Assembly (NCBI RefSeq): GCF_042666395.1
Contig: NZ_JBHTDJ010000004.1
Coordinates: forward strand, 258,158-282,157
Reading direction: 5' to 3'
Origin: Knoellia pratensis
Lineage (GTDB): Bacteria > Actinomycetota > Actinomycetes > Actinomycetales > Dermatophilaceae
DNA: 24,000 bases
Part shown: in pieces, positions 7,369 to 14,929 of the stretch
Layout: each line of letters begins with the position of its first letter
Position numbering within the stretch: the stretch's first letter is position 1
Position numbers and translations under genes: made by a program
The notes under the pieces: generated by a model
Seen by the model: the letters and a program-made list of their open reading frames with translations, nothing else
Databases searched by the model: none
What the model was told of the DNA's origin: nothing

Positions 7369-8732
7369 CCCCGTCGCCGAGCCTCGATCACGTCCGGGCC
7401 ATCGCGGACGCCGTGCTCTACGAGGGCTACCTGCTCTACCCCTACCGCGCCAGCTCCTCGAAGAACCAGTCCCGCTGGCAGTTCGGCGTCCTCGGCCCAC
7501 CCAAGGCATCGGCCGCGAGCTTTGCCGAGGAACCGGACCTGTCCTTCCAGTGCCTGCTCGCTCCTGCGACAGGTGCGGCCACCATCAGCGCGCACCTGCG
7601 CTTCCTCCAGCTCCAGGTGCGTTCCGTCGAGCGGTACGCCGACGGCGACTTCGAGCCGGTGGCCGAGATGGTTGTCGACGGACTGTCCGTGCTCAGCTGG
7701 GAGGAGGCCGTCGAGTGCGAGGTCGCCCTCTCGCCGTACCACGTGGGCGGTCCACCTGTCGTCACCACCGTGGAGATCCCGGGCGGTGAGGAGGTCGAGC
7801 CGGTCCTGGACGCAGCGGGCGCGACGGTGGGCCGGATCCTGCGCCGACGGTTCCCGTTGCGCGCAGATGTCAGCGTGGGCGCAGAGGCCGACGACGGGTT
7901 CACCCGGCTCTGCGTGGCGGTGACCAACGCCCACCCCGACGAGGTCCACGGCAAGGACGACGCGATCCGGTCGTCGATGATCGGCACCCACGTGCTCGTG
8001 GTCGCCGACGGGGTCAGCTTTGTCTCGCTGCTGGAACCCCCCGAGGACGCGGCCGACGCGGCCGGGAGGTGCACGCAGCGGCGGTGCTTCCCAGTGCTGG
8101 TGGGACCTGTTGGCTCGAGCGATGTGGTGATGGGCTCGCCGATCATCCTCTACGACCACCCCGAGATCGCCGAGGAGAGCGCCGGCGCCCTGTTCGACTC
8201 GACCGAGATCGACGAGATACTGAGCCTGCGCGTGATGACGATGACCGACGCCGAGAAGGCCGAGGCCCGGGCCACCGACCCGCGCGCCGCCGCCATCATC
8301 GACCGGTGTGACGCGATGTCACCCGAGACGCTGCGCGACCTGCACGGGGTGCTCCGTGACCCGAACCGGGTCCAGGCACCTGCGGTCGGCACAGAGTTCG
8401 ACACCGGCGACGTCCCCTGGTGGGACCCGGCCACGGACGAGAGCGTGCGGCCCGACACCGACAGCGTGGTCATCGACGGCATGAAAGTGGCGCGCGGCAG
8501 CCTGGTGAAGGTCCACCCGTCTCGGCGGGCCGACGCCCAGGACCTGTTCTTCGCCGACCAGGTGGCCCGCGTCACCGCCGTGCTGTCCGACGTCGACGGC
8601 AGCACGCATGTCGCGCTGGTGCTGGTCGAGGACCCCGCGGCCGACCTGCACGAGCAAGTCGGGCGCTTCTTCTACTTCGCCCCGGATGAGCTCGAACCAC
8701 TGGACCAGGCACGAGAGGAGAGTCACCCATGA
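7365..8732 (+). CDS. Conserved hypothetical protein, 455 aa, function unknown
   Basis: ATG 7365 forms an ATGA overlap with the upstream stop, and GGAG lies about 7 nt upstream. It starts MTPSPSLDHVRAIADAVLYEGYLLYPYRASSSKNQSRWQFGVLGP. High GC3 throughout. No recognisable catalytic or cofactor motif. Confidence 0.75.
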   Translation: MTPSPSLDHVRAIADAVLYEGYLLYPYRASSSKNQSRWQFGVLGPPKASAASFAEEPDLSFQCLLAPATGAATISAHLRFLQLQVRSVERYADGDFEPVAEMVVDGLSVLSWEEAVECEVALSPYHVGGPPVVTTVEIPGGEEVEPVLDAAGATVGRILRRRFPLRADVSVGAEADDGFTRLCVAVTNAHPDEVHGKDDAIRSSMIGTHVLVVADGVSFVSLLEPPEDAADAAGRCTQRRCFPVLVGPVGSSDVVMGSPIILYDHPEIAEESAGALFDSTEIDEILSLRVMTMTDAEKAEARATDPRAAAIIDRCDAMSPETLRDLHGVLRDPNRVQAPAVGTEFDTGDVPWWDPATDESVRPDTDSVVIDGMKVARGSLVKVHPSRRADAQDLFFADQVARVTAVLSDVDGSTHVALVLVEDPAADLHEQVGRFFYFAPDELEPLDQAREESHP

Positions 8733-8848
8733 GAACCGTTGGCCGGCTGACCACCATCGTCGGCGTCTGCATTGCAGCAGTCGCAACGTTCGTCGGGGTC
8801 CGTTCGATCCCCGACATCAAGCGTTACCTCAAGATCCGCCAGATGTGA
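8729..8848 (+). CDS. 39-aa single-pass membrane micropeptide (not in the ORF track): MRTVGRLTTIVGVCIAAVATFVGVRSIPDIKRYLKIRQM
   Basis: ATG 8729 forms an ATGA overlap with the stop of the 455-aa gene. GAGAGGAGAG at 8713-8722 lies 6-8 nt upstream. There is one hydrophobic helix (about L7-V24) and then a basic tail KRYLKIRQM. Stop TGA at 8846-8848. I vaguely recall similar small proteins annotated in actinobacterial hydrogenase loci, but this is unverified. Confidence 0.55.
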   Translation: MRTVGRLTTIVGVCIAAVATFVGVRSIPDIKRYLKIRQM

Positions 8849-8882
8849 GGCGTCCTGAGCACCATCGAAAGAGGAGGTTGGC

Positions 8883-9089
8883 ATGAGTGACACACCAGGA
8901 GAACAGCTTGACGAGGAGCCGCAGGAGGAGCGCGGCCCCGAGGGTTCGCGCGACACCGGATCGGACGAGCCCGGTGGAGGCCCGGTCGACCGTCCAGCCG
9001 GGACTGCCGACGAGGACGACGACACGGGCATCGACCCGCAAGAACCCCAGGACCCGGAGTCTCCGGACCTGCTGTCCGGTGGCGGATAG
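8883..9089 (+). CDS. Small, highly acidic low-complexity (predicted disordered) protein, 68 aa
   Basis: Near-ideal SD: GAAAGAGGAGG (8867-8877), then 5 nt, then ATG 8883. The product is MSDTPGEQLDEEPQEERGPEGSRDTGSDEPGGGPVDRPAGTADEDDDTGIDPQEPQDPESPDLLSGGG, rich in D/E/P/G with no hydrophobic core. 18 of 68 codons end in A/T, more than in neighbouring genes. Confidence 0.55.
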   Translation: MSDTPGEQLDEEPQEERGPEGSRDTGSDEPGGGPVDRPAGTADEDDDTGIDPQEPQDPESPDLLSGGG

Positions 9090-9114
9090 GCCGACACGAG
9101 GAAAGGAACACGCC

Positions 9115-9429
9115 ATGACTACGATCCCCAACCCGGACGACCCGGACACCGAGGGCAAGACCGTCCCTCCGTATGACGGTCGCAAGGATTCGGGCGAGGT
9201 GGGCGGCCCGGAGGAGACGACCCAGGACGGTGTCCACACCGGCGGAGCCGGTCGTCCGGCGGAGTCCGACACCGACGAGGTCGACGACCCCACCGAGACC
9301 GAACGCGGTCAGCATGCCTCGCCGGCGGATGACCAACCGGCCGAAGGGGCCGACGAGACGTCTGGCCCCGGCGGGACGTCGGGACCTTCGCACGAGCCGG
9401 GCACCGGACGGGCAGAGGACAAGTCCTGA
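9115..9429 (+). CDS. Second highly acidic low-complexity (predicted disordered) protein, 104 aa
   Basis: SD GAGGAAAGGA (9098-9107), then 7 nt, then ATG 9115. The product starts MTTIPNPDDPDTEGKTVPPYDGRKDSGEVGGPEETTQDG... and is D/E/T/G/P-rich. Its stop lies 2 nt before the protease start. The upstream 76 codons of track ORF 8887..9429 are Arg/Thr-rich off-frame-looking sequence overlapping the previous ORF. Confidence 0.55.
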   Translation: MTTIPNPDDPDTEGKTVPPYDGRKDSGEVGGPEETTQDGVHTGGAGRPAESDTDEVDDPTETERGQHASPADDQPAEGADETSGPGGTSGPSHEPGTGRAEDKS

Positions 9430-9431
9430 CG

Positions 9432-9911
9432 ATGAGAGTGCTGGTGGCCGGCATCGGCAACCTCTTCTGCGGCGACGACGGGTTCGGTCCCGAGGTCGTC
9501 CGCCGACTCGCCGCGTCCGGGACCCTGCCCGAGGAGGCGCGTGCGGTCGACTACGGCATACGCGGCATGCATCTGGCCTACGACCTTCTCGAGGGGTACG
9601 ACGCGCTCGTGATCGTCGATGCCCTGCCAGGCGATGGCGACCCGGGCACGCTCGCCGTGCTCGAAGTAGGACAAGGTGACCTCGGTGCCGGGGCGTTCGA
9701 CCCGCACGGCATGGCTCCGGTCGCCGTCCTGGCCAGCCTCTCCGACCTGGGCGGCACCCTTCCGCCGACCTACGTCGTGGGGTGCCGGCCGGCCGATCTC
9801 GGCGACGGGATCGGGCTCTCGGACGAGGTCGAGGCCGCGGTGCCCGAGGCGATGGAGGTCGTGCTCGCCGTACTCCGCGAACGCTTGCCCGCACTGGACG
9901 GGGCCGGCTGA
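9432..9911 (+). CDS. hupD: [NiFe]-hydrogenase large-subunit maturation endopeptidase (HyaD/HupD/HybD family)
   Basis: MRVLVAGIGNLFCGDDGFGPEVV carries the family GxGN-x4-DDGxG motif. Also present: ...LVIVDALPG... and ...FDPHGM.... About 159 aa, as expected for this family. Confidence 0.9.
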   Translation: MRVLVAGIGNLFCGDDGFGPEVVRRLAASGTLPEEARAVDYGIRGMHLAYDLLEGYDALVIVDALPGDGDPGTLAVLEVGQGDLGAGAFDPHGMAPVAVLASLSDLGGTLPPTYVVGCRPADLGDGIGLSDEVEAAVPEAMEVVLAVLRERLPALDGAG

Positions 9912-10153
9912 TGTGCCTCGGGATCCCTGGCCAGGTCGTGCGAGTCCTGGAGGGCAACGCCGGGATGCTCGCCCTCGTCGACGTGCTCGGTGCGCAGCGG
10001 CCGGTCAACCTCGGGATGCTCGAGGACATGGCGGTCGAGCCGGGCCAGTGGGTGCTGATCCACATGGGCTTCGTCGTCGAACGTGTCGACGAGGCCGTGG
10101 CCGAGAAGGCGATGACCGCCCTCGAGATGATGGGTCGCGCGCGCGATGGCTGA
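9911..10153 (+). CDS. hypC: Hydrogenase assembly chaperone HypC/HupF family (copy 1, 80 aa)
   Basis: Starts MCLGIPGQVV, the invariant HypC N-terminal Cys after Met. ATG 9911 shares its A with the protease stop TGA (9909-9911). The earlier track start 9782 lies in protease-overlapping Arg-rich sequence. Confidence 0.9.
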   Translation: MCLGIPGQVVRVLEGNAGMLALVDVLGAQRPVNLGMLEDMAVEPGQWVLIHMGFVVERVDEAVAEKAMTALEMMGRARDG

Positions 10154-12425
10154 GCAACGGATCCGAAGCAGGTTCGAGGTCTCCGGTCTCGTGCAGGGGG
10201 TCGGCTTCCGCCCGTTCGTCTACGTGACAGCGAGCGAGCTCGGCCTCACCGGCAACGTGGCCAACACGCCGTCCGGGGTGGTGATCGAGGTGGAGGGTGC
10301 CCCGGCCGCGGTGGCAGAGCTGGGACACCGCCTGGCCCACGCCCCACCGCCGCTGGCCCACATCGAGGAGGTCACCGAGTCCCGGCAGCCACCGCGTGGC
10401 GGCACCGGCTTCAGCATCGAGGACTCCGCGGCCGGCGAGGGCCGCACCTTGGCATCGCCGGATGTCGCGACCTGCGACGACTGCCTCCGCGAGCTTGCCG
10501 ACCCCGACGACCGCCGTCACCGCCACCCCTTCATCACCTGCACCAACTGTGGCCCGCGGTTCACGATCATCACGCGCCTGCCCTACGACCGGGCCGCGAC
10601 CACCATGGCTGGGTTCGCCATGTGCGACGCCTGCCGCCAGGAGTACGACAACCCGGCGGACCGCCGCTTCCACGCCCAGCCGATCGCCTGCCGCGACTGT
10701 GGCCCCACCCTCGAGCTTGTCGGCTACGGGCCGCGGGCGGAGGGCGACGACGCCGTATGCCGTGCGCGTGACCTCCTCGCCCAGGGGCTGATCCTGGCTG
10801 TGAAGGGGCTGGGCGGCTACCACCTGGCGTGCGACGCCCGCAACGAGACGGCCGTCGCCGAGCTGCGCCGACGCAAGCAGCGCGGCGACAAGCCGTTCGC
10901 GGTGATGGTTCGCAGTGCCGAGGTGGCCGAAGGGCTCGTGACCATGGGCGAGGCCGAGCAGCGACTGCTCACCGGCCATCGCAAGCCGATCGTGCTGCTG
11001 CCCCGTGCCGGCCCCCAGGGGCTCGCTCCTTCCGTCGCGCCGGGCAATCCGGATCTCGGACTGATGCTTCCCTACACTCCGCTACACGTGTTGTTGTTGG
11101 AGGCGCCCGGTACCGACGCGCTGGTGATGACCTCTGGCAACCTCTCCGGCGAGCCGATCGTCACCGACGACGACGCGGCCCGCGAGCGGCTGTCCACGAT
11201 CGCCGATGCCTGGCTGCGGCACGACCGACCCATCCACGTGCCGTGCGACGACTCGGTCGCCCGCTTCGTCACCGGCGTCGAGCTACCCCTACGCCGGTCG
11301 CGCGGTCACGCACCCCTACCGGTGGCCCTCCCGTTCGAGGTCGACCCGGTCCTGGCCGTCGGAGCAGATCTCAAGAACACCTGCGCGCTCGCCTCGGGTC
11401 GCTATGCGTGGTTGAGCCAGCACATCGGCGACCTTGACGACCTCGCCACCCAGGCGGCGCTGACCGCGTCGGAGACCCACCTCGAGGAGCTCACCGGCAT
11501 ACGGCCTCAGGCCCTCGTCGCCGACGCGCACCCGGGCTACCGCTCCAGCCGTTGGGCGCGCGAGCATGCTGGCGGACGAGAGGTCCGAACCGTCCAGCAC
11601 CACCACGCGCACGTGGCCTCGGTGATGGGGGAGCACGGTCTGGGCAACGACGACACCGTCATCGGCGTCGCGTTCGACGGCACCGGCTACGGCACGGACG
11701 GCGCGATCTGGGGCGGTGAGGTTCTGGTCGCCGGCTACAAGTCGTTCCGGCGGGCCGCCCACCTGGGCTACGTGCCCTTGGCCGGTGGTGACGCCAGCGT
11801 GTTGCGGCCCTATCGGATGGCGCTGGCACACCTGTGGGCAGCCGGCATCGCGTGGTCCGACGACATCGCGGCCGTGGCGGCGTGCCCGAAGACGGAGCGA
11901 GGAGTGTTGGCCCACCAGCTGTCGACCGGTCTGGGGTGCGTGCCCACATCGAGCATGGGCCGCCTCTTCGACGCCGTGTCCTCTCTCGTCGGGGTCCGGC
12001 ACACCGTGGACTACGAGGCCGAGGCCGCGATCGAGCTCGAGTCCCTGGCGCGCTCCGTGCCGGTCCCGGATCCCTACCGTTTCGAGATCCTGGCACCCCA
12101 CGGCGGCCCCGCGATCGCGGACCCGGCACCCGTCCTGCGGGCAGTCGTGGACGACCTGCGTCGTGGACAGCCGGCAGCCCATGTCGCGGCGCGTTTCCAT
12201 GCCGGTGTCGCGACCCTCGTCGCTGATCTCGCCGACCAGGAAAGACGGCAGACCGGTCTGGACGTCGTCGTCCTGGCCGGCGGGGTGTTCCAGAACGCCC
12301 TGCTGCTCGACAGCTCCACCCAGCTGCTGGAGGCGCGTGGCTTCACGGTTCTGCGCTCCCGGCTGCTTCCACCCCACGACGGCGGCATCGCCTTCGGACA
12401 GATCCTGGTCGGCTCGCAGAGCTGA
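10146..12425 (+). CDS. hypF: Carbamoyltransferase HypF
   Basis: Acylphosphatase-like N-terminus (VSGLVQGVGFRPFVY). Two zinc-finger pairs: CDDC...CTNCGPRF and CDAC...CRDCGP. YrdC-like segment (KGLGGYHLACDA, KQRGDKPFAVM) and a Kae1-like C-terminal domain. 759 aa. 8-nt overlap with hypC. Confidence 0.97.
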   Translation: MAEQRIRSRFEVSGLVQGVGFRPFVYVTASELGLTGNVANTPSGVVIEVEGAPAAVAELGHRLAHAPPPLAHIEEVTESRQPPRGGTGFSIEDSAAGEGRTLASPDVATCDDCLRELADPDDRRHRHPFITCTNCGPRFTIITRLPYDRAATTMAGFAMCDACRQEYDNPADRRFHAQPIACRDCGPTLELVGYGPRAEGDDAVCRARDLLAQGLILAVKGLGGYHLACDARNETAVAELRRRKQRGDKPFAVMVRSAEVAEGLVTMGEAEQRLLTGHRKPIVLLPRAGPQGLAPSVAPGNPDLGLMLPYTPLHVLLLEAPGTDALVMTSGNLSGEPIVTDDDAARERLSTIADAWLRHDRPIHVPCDDSVARFVTGVELPLRRSRGHAPLPVALPFEVDPVLAVGADLKNTCALASGRYAWLSQHIGDLDDLATQAALTASETHLEELTGIRPQALVADAHPGYRSSRWAREHAGGREVRTVQHHHAHVASVMGEHGLGNDDTVIGVAFDGTGYGTDGAIWGGEVLVAGYKSFRRAAHLGYVPLAGGDASVLRPYRMALAHLWAAGIAWSDDIAAVAACPKTERGVLAHQLSTGLGCVPTSSMGRLFDAVSSLVGVRHTVDYEAEAAIELESLARSVPVPDPYRFEILAPHGGPAIADPAPVLRAVVDDLRRGQPAAHVAARFHAGVATLVADLADQERRQTGLDVVVLAGGVFQNALLLDSSTQLLEARGFTVLRSRLLPPHDGGIAFGQILVGSQS

Positions 12426-12453
12426 CCTTCGCCACCAGCAAAGGAGAGCGCAC

Positions 12454-12738
12454 ATGTGTCTAGCAGTCCCAGGTCGCGTCCTGTCCGTCGAGGACCAGGA
12501 CGGTACGACCATGGCGCAGGTCGACTTCGGCGGACTCCGCAAGGAGGTCTGTCTGGCCTACATCCCCGACGTACAGATCGGTGAGTACGTCATCGTGCAT
12601 GTCGGTTTCGCGATCCAGCGGCTCGACGAGAAGTCGGCGCTGGGCACGTTGGCCAACTTCGAGAAGCTCGGCATCCTCGAGGAAGAGTTCGGCGACGGCT
12701 TTGCCCTCGCCGCCAAGCAGGCAGGAGAATCGCAATGA
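12454..12738 (+). CDS. hypC: Hydrogenase assembly chaperone HypC family (copy 2, 94 aa, C-terminal extension)
   Basis: Starts [19 protein letters not shown] lies 6 nt upstream of ATG 12454. The rest of track ORF 11716..12738 is out-of-frame overlap with hypF. ATGA-type overlap with hypD. Confidence 0.9.
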   Translation: MCLAVPGRVLSVEDQDGTTMAQVDFGGLRKEVCLAYIPDVQIGEYVIVHVGFAIQRLDEKSALGTLANFEKLGILEEEFGDGFALAAKQAGESQ

Positions 12739-13862
12739 AGTACCTCGACGAGTTCAGTGACCCGGTGCTGGCCGGCAAGCTGGTGGACCAGATCCACGCA
12801 GTGACCACTCAGCCCTGGGCGATGATGGAGGTGTGCGGCGGGCAGACGCACTCGATCATCCGACACGGCATCGACCAGCTGCTGCCCGAGGGCCTCGAGA
12901 TGATCCACGGCCCGGGCTGCCCGGTCTGTGTGACGCCGCTCGAGCTCATCGACAAGGCCTTGGCGATCGCCGAGCAGCCGGGTGTCATCTTCTGCTCGTT
13001 CGGCGACATGCTCCGAGTGCCCGGCAGCAGCAAGGACCTGTTCTCGATCAAGAGTGCCGGCGGTGACGTACGGGTCGTCTACAGCCCGCTCGACGCGCTC
13101 AAGCTGGCGCGCGAGAACCCCGACCGGCAGGTCGTGTTCTTCGGCATCGGGTTCGAGACCACGGCGCCGGCCAACGCGATGACCGTCTACCAGGCGAAGA
13201 AGCAGGGCATCGCGAACTTCTCCCTGCTGGTCTCGCACGTGCTCGTCCCACCGGCCATCGCGGCGATCATGGAGTCCCCGAGGTGCCGGGTGCAGGCGTT
13301 CCTCGCGGCCGGCCACGTGTGCAGCGTGATGGGCACATCGGAGTACCCCGCTCTGACCGAGAAGTACAAGGTGCCGATCGTGGTCACGGGGTTTGAGCCG
13401 CTCGACATCCTCGAGGGCATCCGGCGCACGGTGATCCAACTCGAGTCGGGTCGGCACGAGCTGGAGAATGCGTACTCCCGGGCCGTCACCGCCGAGGGAA
13501 ACGTGGCGGCGATGGCGATGCTGCGCGACGTCTTCGAGGTGACCGACCGCACGTGGCGCGGTATCGGGATGATCCCGCAGAGCGGGTGGAAGCTGTCCGA
13601 GCGATACGCCGACTACGACGCGGAGACACGGTTCTCGGTCAGCGACATCCACACCGACGAGTCGGCTCTGTGCCGCTCTGGTGAGGTGCTCCAGGGCCTC
13701 ATCAAGCCGCACGAGTGTGCGGCGTTCGGCAAGGAGTGCACGCCACGCAAGCCACTGGGCGCGACCATGGTCTCGTCCGAGGGCGCGTGCGCGGCCTACT
13801 ACACCTACCGGCGCCTCGACCACCTGGAGCTGTCCGAGACCCGCCTGGTGGAGAGCCGATGA
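12735..13862 (+). CDS. hypD: Hydrogenase Fe(CN)2CO assembly protein HypD
   Basis: [10 protein letters not shown]..., [21 protein letters not shown] and FETTAP motifs. A C-terminal Cys-rich region (CRSGE...[12 protein letters not shown]) is typical of the HypD [4Fe-4S] site. Confidence 0.97.
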   Translation: MKYLDEFSDPVLAGKLVDQIHAVTTQPWAMMEVCGGQTHSIIRHGIDQLLPEGLEMIHGPGCPVCVTPLELIDKALAIAEQPGVIFCSFGDMLRVPGSSKDLFSIKSAGGDVRVVYSPLDALKLARENPDRQVVFFGIGFETTAPANAMTVYQAKKQGIANFSLLVSHVLVPPAIAAIMESPRCRVQAFLAAGHVCSVMGTSEYPALTEKYKVPIVVTGFEPLDILEGIRRTVIQLESGRHELENAYSRAVTAEGNVAAMAMLRDVFEVTDRTWRGIGMIPQSGWKLSERYADYDAETRFSVSDIHTDESALCRSGEVLQGLIKPHECAAFGKECTPRKPLGATMVSSEGACAAYYTYRRLDHLELSETRLVESR

Positions 13863-14917
13863 GCAACGACCTGGACTTCGAGGGCTGGGTCTGTCCGCTG
13901 CCGCTGCGCGACACCCCGACGATCGTGATGGGCCACGGGGGCGGTGGAGCCATGTCCGGCGAGCTGATCGAGCAGCTCTTCCTGCCGGCCTTTGGGGGCG
14001 CTGCCCGCGCCGAGCTCGGCGACTCGGCCGTTCTGGAGGTGCCCGCCGGCCGGCTGGCCTTCTCGACGGACTCGTTCGTGGTGAAGCCGATGTTCTTCCC
14101 GGGTGGTTGCATCGGTGACCTCGCGGTCAACGGCACCGTCAACGACCTGGCGATGGTGGGGGCAACTCCCCTCTATCTCTCGACGGCGTTCATCCTGGCC
14201 GAGGGCACCTCGATGACGGACATCGGCCGCGTCGCGATGGCCATCGGCAAGGCGGCCGAGGTCGCGGGAGTGCAGCTCGTCACCGGTGACACCAAGGTGG
14301 TGGACAGTGGCAGCGGTGACGGCATCTTCATCAACACTGCCGGCATCGGCGTCATCCCCGACGGCATCGACATCTCGCCGGCTCGGGCCCGGGTCGGCGA
14401 CGTCATCCTGGTGAGCGGCGACATCGGCGTGCACGGCATCGCGGTGATGAGCTGTCGTGAAGGGCTCGAGTTCGGCACGACGATCGAGAGCGACTGCGCG
14501 CCTCTGCACGGACTGGTCGCCGACATGCTTGCCACAGGGGTCGACGTGCACGCGCTGCGGGACCCGACCCGCGGGGGAGTCTCGGCCACCCTCAACGAGA
14601 TCGCCAAGGCTTCCGGCGTGGGCATCGAACTGGTCGAGAAGGACCTGCCGATCCCGGCCGAGGTCAAGGACGCGTGCGGCCTGCTCGGCCTTGACCCGCT
14701 CCAGGTCGCCAACGAGGGCAAGCTGATCGCGATCGTGGCGGCCGAGGATGCCGACGCGGTGCTGGCCGCCATGCATCAGCACCCGCGCGGTGCGGGTGCG
14801 CGCCGCATCGGCACGTGCGTCGGGGAGCACCCGAAGATGGTCGTGGCCCGGACCGGTCTCGGCGGGACCCGCGTCGTGGATCTGCCGATCGGCGAGCAGC
14901 TACCGAGAATTTGCTGA
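13859..14917 (+). CDS. hypE: Hydrogenase maturation carbamoyl dehydratase HypE
   Basis: ATG 13859 forms an ATGA overlap with the hypD stop. The PurM/AIR-synthase-like repeat pattern is present. The protein ends in the diagnostic HypE C-terminus ...LPRIC. Confidence 0.95.
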   Translation: MSNDLDFEGWVCPLPLRDTPTIVMGHGGGGAMSGELIEQLFLPAFGGAARAELGDSAVLEVPAGRLAFSTDSFVVKPMFFPGGCIGDLAVNGTVNDLAMVGATPLYLSTAFILAEGTSMTDIGRVAMAIGKAAEVAGVQLVTGDTKVVDSGSGDGIFINTAGIGVIPDGIDISPARARVGDVILVSGDIGVHGIAVMSCREGLEFGTTIESDCAPLHGLVADMLATGVDVHALRDPTRGGVSATLNEIAKASGVGIELVEKDLPIPAEVKDACGLLGLDPLQVANEGKLIAIVAAEDADAVLAAMHQHPRGAGARRIGTCVGEHPKMVVARTGLGGTRVVDLPIGEQLPRIC

Positions 14918-14929
14918 GCGTCTGTTGCC

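Noticed and set aside
8887-9429. A single 180-aa protein (track ORF 8887..9429) instead of two small acidic ORFs
   Set aside because: Its first 76 codons are Arg/Thr/Ser-rich, off-frame-looking sequence with no SD at 8887. In contrast, ATG 8883 (another frame) and ATG 9115 each follow a strong, correctly spaced SD. The two-ORF model is preferred but not proven.
8824-10065. 413-aa minus-strand ORF covering the acidic ORFs and the protease gene
   Set aside because: Its composition is extremely Arg/Pro-rich (runs such as RRRRRRG and PRPRPRPRAR), typical of an off-frame reading of GC-rich coding DNA. The + strand carries a clear endopeptidase and SD-preceded ORFs.
12558-14830. Minus-strand ORFs 12558..13823 (421 aa) and 13805..14830 (341 aa) opposite hypD and hypE
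   Set aside because: Same reasoning: Arg/Asp/His-rich nonsense-like sequences opposite genes with diagnostic HypD ([10 protein letters not shown]) and HypE (C-terminal PRIC) motifs.
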